Origin: Candidatus Freyarchaeum deiterrae | GTDB lineage: Archaea > Asgardarchaeota > Jordiarchaeia > Jordiarchaeales > Jordiarchaeaceae | DNA: 64,000 nucleotides | Reading direction: 5' to 3' | NCBI GenBank assembly: GCA_037305845.1 | Contig: CP147778.1 | Span: 1,600,001 to 1,664,000 of the forward strand | Part shown: positions 62,717 to 64,000 of the stretch, one piece after another | Layout: each line of letters opens with the position of its first letter | Position numbering within the stretch: the first letter of the stretch is position 1 | The notes under the pieces: generated by a model | What the model was told of the DNA's origin: nothing | Database searches by the model: none | What the model saw: the letters and a program-made list of their open reading frames with translations, nothing else | Position numbers and translations under genes: made by a program

Positions 62717-63955
62717 TCAAATTGGAGGTTTAGACATAGGTATCTTGAGTGTATCCTCTATTCTGATAAGCTCATTGATCTTAGCCATGCGTTCCCCTCC
62801 CATTATCCCTATTTTAATTATTGGACAGTTTAGCCCAACGGCAATATGTGCTAAGGCTGGATCTGTTGTTTCTCCTGATCTGTGGGATGCAGCTGGGATT
62901 ACTTTGCTTTTATGACATAGCTCAACAGTGGATTTGGTGTCTGTTAGGGTGCCTACCTGATTAGGTTTTATTATGGACCCAGTTATCGAATTTTTTTCTA
63001 TTGCTGTTTGAAGACGTTTTTTATTGGTTACTATGAGATCATCCCCTGTTATTATACATTTATTTTTAGTATTTGCGGTTAACTTCGCGAAATACTCAAA
63101 GTCCTCTTCTCGAAATGGATCTTCAAAGAATGTAATTTCATAGTTGTGTATAAGTTCTAGTACATACTCCAGTTGTTGTTCTGAGGTTAATCTTTTGTTT
63201 TCTTTTTTGTAAACATATTCCTCTTTTCCACTATCCCATAATTCTGATGCTGCTGCATCTATCCCTATTTTTGCTCTTACTCCGGTCTCTTCTTCCACTT
63301 TTTCTATTGCTTTGGTTAGTATTTCTAAGGCTTCGTTTATTGTTAGTGGAGCTGCCCATGCTCCTTCGTCATTTCTTCCGAGTACATAGTTTGGATATGT
63401 TTTTGTAATTATTTCAGCTACTGCTCGGTGAACCATTACATTGGTTTCCGCTGCCACTTCAAATGTTTTGGCCCCTAATGGTAGAACCAAAAACTCTTGA
63501 AAGTCTATAGCGTCACCTTTTGTGTGAACTCCGCCTCCGATAACATTACTCAGAGGGAAGGGAAGTTTTAGGTTACTGCCTAAATATTGACAAAGCATTA
63601 GATTTTTGTTTTTAGATGCGGCTTTGGCTACAGCAATAGAAGTGGCTATTGCTGCATTTCCGCCAATTTTACTCAGATTTTTTGTGTCATCAACTTTCCA
63701 TATAATTTTGTCAATTTCTGCTTGATTTTCTGTGTTCATTCCTTTTATTTTAGTGGACAACTCATTTTCTATAAGTTTTATTGAACTTTCCACTCCTCCT
63801 TCAGGAAAGGCTTGAGCTTCGAATTTTCCAACACTAGCTCCTGATGGAGCGCAGGCAGCTATTTTAAAACTTTTAGTGTGGATTACAACTTCTATTGTGT
63901 ATTTACCTCGAGAATCAAGAATTTTACGCGCAGAAATCCCTTCTATTGAAGACAA
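62717..63955 (-). CDS. eno: Enolase
   Basis: ILDSRG, PSGAS, EDPF, GDDL, KPNQ and SHRSGET. Confidence 0.95.
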   Translation of the reverse strand: MSSIEGISARKILDSRGKYTIEVVIHTKSFKIAACAPSGASVGKFEAQAFPEGGVESSIKLIENELSTKIKGMNTENQAEIDKIIWKVDDTKNLSKIGGNAAIATSIAVAKAASKNKNLMLCQYLGSNLKLPFPLSNVIGGGVHTKGDAIDFQEFLVLPLGAKTFEVAAETNVMVHRAVAEIITKTYPNYVLGRNDEGAWAAPLTINEALEILTKAIEKVEEETGVRAKIGIDAAASELWDSGKEEYVYKKENKRLTSEQQLEYVLELIHNYEITFFEDPFREEDFEYFAKLTANTKNKCIITGDDLIVTNKKRLQTAIEKNSITGSIIKPNQVGTLTDTKSTVELCHKSKVIPAASHRSGETTDPALAHIAVGLNCPIIKIGIMGGERMAKINELIRIEDTLKIPMSKPPI

Positions 63956-64000
63956 TTTCTATCACCTCTCCGAAAATTTTGCTTCTGCGATAAGTTAAAT

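Overview
Archaeal chromosome window. PolD small subunit next to cdc6, Elf1 and intron-rich tRNAs suggest an Asgard/TACK-like lineage (inference). Bases 1-18245 are an accessory island abutting the 3' end of tRNA-Ser(TGA). It carries a membrane protein + HerA/VirB4-like ATPase + 1696-aa mosaic protein + HEAT-repeat module, and an SNF2/DUF1156/DUF499 defence cassette. The rest is core genome, including a replication origin beside cdc6 with three ORB boxes. Three things stand out. (1) Two housekeeping genes, nadE and ppsA, are each interrupted inside a conserved motif by a 30-33 nt stop-containing insert. Each insert folds into a bulge-helix-bulge (BHB) splice motif, and cutting at the canonical positions restores the conserved protein exactly, so they look like tRNA-type introns in mRNA. 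(2) All five tRNA genes carry BHB introns, 12 in total and 11 at non-canonical positions, including a tRNA-Leu(CAG) with four. (3) Ten intergenic clusters of GATATC-like hexamers phased at about 13 bp span the origin region (36.7-48.1 kb). They bracket an AAA+ ATPase / ribbon-helix-helix gene pair, which makes a candidate centromere-like segregation or origin-organising system. All family assignments come from motif recognition; no database searches were run.
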